DNA from: Naegleria gruberi
Taxonomy: Eukaryota
Strand: one strand, 5' to 3'
Assembly: GCA_000004985.1 (NCBI GenBank)
Contig: GG739594.1
DNA: 1,050 nucleotides
The notes beneath the pieces were generated by a model. It made no database searches. It was not told the DNA's origin and saw nothing but the letters and a program-made list of their open reading frames with translations. This document shows, piece after piece, positions 1-1,050 of the stretch (within the stretch, counting starts at the first letter, position 1; every line of letters begins with the position of its first letter). The position numbers and the translations under genes were made by a program.

Positions 1-42
1 GTATATCATAGAATGCTTCAATGATGTTAAAAAAAGAAAGGC

Positions 43-48
43 TTTATT
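43..48 (-). promoter_or_regulatory. Putative polyadenylation signal AATAAA overlapping the TAA stop codon
   Basis: The minus strand reads AAG AAA TAA AGC. The hexamer AATAAA (complement of + strand tttatt, 43-48) overlaps the stop codon. This arrangement is frequent in Dictyostelium genes, where AATAAA often sits at or just after the stop. Confidence 0.35.
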
Positions 49-1050
49 TCTTTCTTGAAGATGTAAGGGTCGTGTTATTATTATAAACTTTATAAACTTG
101 ATCCAATCTTTGGGTTGATAAGTTATTATTATTAATTGACGTTGTTTCATAAATATTAGTAATACTATCATCTCCACTTGTAAATAAATAAAATCCATTA
201 CAATTATTATTAGTATTATTCATATTATCAAATTGATTAATAACAAGTGTATTTCTAATATAGGCATGTTCTGAATGATCATTTAAAATGGCACATAATT
301 GTTTAGTATGTACATTCCAAATAAATAATTTACCATAACAGGTAGGTGCAAATAAATAACCATTAAAATATTTACATTTAGCCATCCATGAATTACAATA
401 ATAATCATCATGTTGAAATGTATGTAATGTTTCCAATGTTGAATCTTGAATTTTCTTTAAATTTAAATTTAATTTCCTTAAATGGATATCATTATTAGAT
501 GAAATTTCTTCATTTGAATTTACACCTTTAGTAATTAAATAACAATTTAATATATTATTTGTAATATCATTATTTTTTAATATAATTTGTAAACTACTTA
601 AATAAGTTTCATATTCAGTATTAAATATTTTTAATAATTGATTATTTCCAAAATTATAAATTTTAATTGAAGTATCACAAGATGCAATCATGTAAATTAA
701 TTCTTCATCCATTTCTTCATTTATATTATTATTACCATTTATATTTCCATTTATATTATTTAAATTAATTAAATTAAAATTATTAAAAAATAAAAAATTT
801 AAATCTAAAACAACATTTGTATTTCTATCCATAATAATTTGTTTATCTAAACAAGACATGTAATTATCATTTCTATTCATTAACCATTTAATAATAGTTC
901 CATCATAAGAACCAGTTACATAATAAAATTGATTTTTAAAAAATAAACTTTCCAAACATAGAATTTCTTCAGTATGTCCAAATAAAAAATTAATTTGATT
1001 TATATTTAATAAATTAATTAAAGTTAAAGGACATTCTAATATTTTGTTAT
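44..1050 (-). CDS. C-terminal portion (about 335 aa) of a WD40-repeat beta-propeller protein. It is 5'-partial, with the N-terminus lying beyond the window at coordinates above 1050. The TAA stop is at 44-46. Asn-rich low-complexity loops sit between blades.
   Basis: An uninterrupted reading frame runs from 1050 to 47 on the minus strand and ends in TAA (44-46). The translation contains canonical WD40 signatures: LFGHTEEILCL...SYDGTIIKW, IASCDTSIKIYNF, HTFQHDDYY...CYGKLFIWNV and LNDHSEHAY...LFTSGDDSITNIYE. The apparent start in the ORF track (955) is TTG, Leu in a eukaryotic nuclear code, translated as M by the caller. Codons upstream of it, read by hand, continue in frame with no stop: ...NKILECPLTLINLLNINQINFLFGHTEEILCLESLFF.... 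There is strong codon bias toward AAT (Asn), TTA (Leu), CAA (Gln) and AGA (Arg). A 300+ codon open frame in ~80% AT DNA cannot be chance. Confidence 0.85.
   Translation of the reverse strand, partial: NKILECPLTLINLLNINQINFLFGHTEEILCLESLFFKNQFYYVTGSYDGTIIKWLMNRNDNYMSCLDKQIIMDRNTNVVLDLNFLFFNNFNLINLNNINGNINGNNNINEEMDEELIYMIASCDTSIKIYNFGNNQLLKIFNTEYETYLSSLQIILKNNDITNNILNCYLITKGVNSNEEISSNNDIHLRKLNLNLKKIQDSTLETLHTFQHDDYYCNSWMAKCKYFNGYLFAPTCYGKLFIWNVHTKQLCAILNDHSEHAYIRNTLVINQFDNMNNTNNNCNGFYLFTSGDDSITNIYETTSINNNNLSTQRLDQVYKVYNNNTTLTSSRKK
149..289 (-). other. WD40 repeat unit with an internal Asn-rich loop: ILNDHSEHAYIRNTLVINQFDNMNNTNNNCNGFYLFTSGDDSITNIY
   Basis: LFTSGDDSITNIY matches the [LF]-x-[ST]-G-[SG]-x-D-x-[ST]-I-[KR]-[IVL]-[WY] WD core. 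GDD is encoded at 167-175 (tcc/atc/atc on the + strand). Confidence 0.7.
314..439 (-). other. WD40 repeat unit: TLETLHTFQHDDYYCNSWMAKCKYFNGYLFAPTCYGKLFIWNV
   Basis: H-x-x-x-V/Y-like opening (HTFQHDD), a hydrophobic beta-strand stretch, then G-K-L-F-I-W-N, with Trp encoded by cca at 317-319 (complement). Confidence 0.65.
650..718 (-). other. WD40-like repeat C-terminal strand region (EEMDEELIYMIASCDTSIKIYNF) that follows the Asn-rich loop.
   Basis: The A-S-C-D-T-S-I-K-I-Y segment matches the [AS]-x-D-x-[ST]-I-[KR]-I-[WY] core of a WD repeat, with Tyr replacing Trp. Confidence 0.55.
719..799 (-). repeat. Asn-rich low-complexity coding tract (NFLFFNNFNLINLNNINGNINGNNNIN) forming an insertion or loop between propeller blades
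   Basis: The + strand here is almost pure A/T with reiterated att/atta units and an imperfect duplicated ATTAATGGAAAT/ATAAATGGTAAT (NING/NING) unit. It stays in frame with the flanking WD segments. Confidence 0.7.
884..979 (-). other. WD40 repeat unit (blade). GH dipeptide at 974-979, terminal Lys-Trp (KW, a WD variant) at 884-889.
   Basis: The translated motif GHTEEILCLESLFFKNQFYYVTGSYDGTIIKW matches the WD40 consensus: GH, then a hydrophobic core, then [ST]-x-D-x-[ST]-[IV]-[KR]-[IVL]-W. Confidence 0.75.

Noticed and set aside
300-440. Cys/His cluster (HTFQHDDYYCNSWMAKCKYF...PTCYGK...HTKQLCAILNDHSEH), possibly a zinc-binding motif
   Set aside because: The spacing does not match C2H2, RING, PHD or other standard zinc-finger patterns. 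The residues fall within WD blade strands where Cys and His are common, so this is likely coincidental.
700-800. Possible intron, since this is the most AT-rich segment and introns in AT-rich eukaryotes are near-pure A/T
   Set aside because: It stays in frame with no stops and encodes an Asn-rich loop typical of the organism. No convincing GT...AG boundaries are positioned to restore the WD repeat if it were removed. This cannot be fully excluded without cDNA.
953-955. TTG proposed as the translation start (M) by the ORF track
   Set aside because: The frame is open upstream to 1050 and the upstream residues complete a WD40 blade (GHTEEILCL). TTG is not a normal eukaryotic nuclear initiator, so this is an ORF-caller artefact rather than a real start.
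1-1050. Plus-strand coding potential, prokaryotic elements (promoters, RBS, terminators), CRISPR or mobile elements
   Set aside because: There is no plus-strand ORF of meaningful length. The extreme AT content makes -10-like TATAAT matches ubiquitous and meaningless. There are no direct-repeat arrays or inverted terminal repeats beyond simple A/T low complexity. The locus is eukaryotic.
44-1050. Alternative organism assignment, to Plasmodium or to a ciliate with reassigned stop codons
   Set aside because: Lysine content (~5%) is low for Plasmodium falciparum proteins. Asn tracts encoded almost solely by AAT, together with CAA for Gln, favour dictyostelids. A ciliate code cannot be excluded from 43 nt of 3' flank (no TGA follows), but the overall codon usage fits Dictyostelium better. 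I keep this as an uncertainty rather than a claim.

Overview
This window is extremely AT-rich, roughly 80% A+T. One long open reading frame on the minus strand runs from the right window edge (1050) down to a TAA stop at 44-46. A TAA-terminated ORF over 1 kb long in DNA this AT-rich cannot be chance. The Asn/Ile/Leu/Tyr-rich composition is typical of an AT-rich eukaryotic nuclear genome, most likely a dictyostelid social amoeba such as Dictyostelium. Supporting this are AAT-encoded asparagine tracts, the CAA/TTA/GGT/GGA/AGA codon pattern, and only moderate lysine content. The product is the C-terminal part of a WD40-repeat (beta-propeller) protein. It has at least four recognisable WD-type blades: GH...SYDGTIIKW, ...ASCDTSIKIYNF, FQHDD...CYGKLFIWNV and NDHSEH...FTSGDDSITNIYE. 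The blades are interrupted by asparagine-rich low-complexity loops. The 955 end in the ORF track is a caller artefact: a TTG codon was translated as M. The frame is actually open all the way to 1050, so the gene is 5'-truncated by the window. Nothing here looks prokaryotic, mobile, CRISPR-like or defence-related. I see no evidence for a novel multi-gene system and do not want to invent one.
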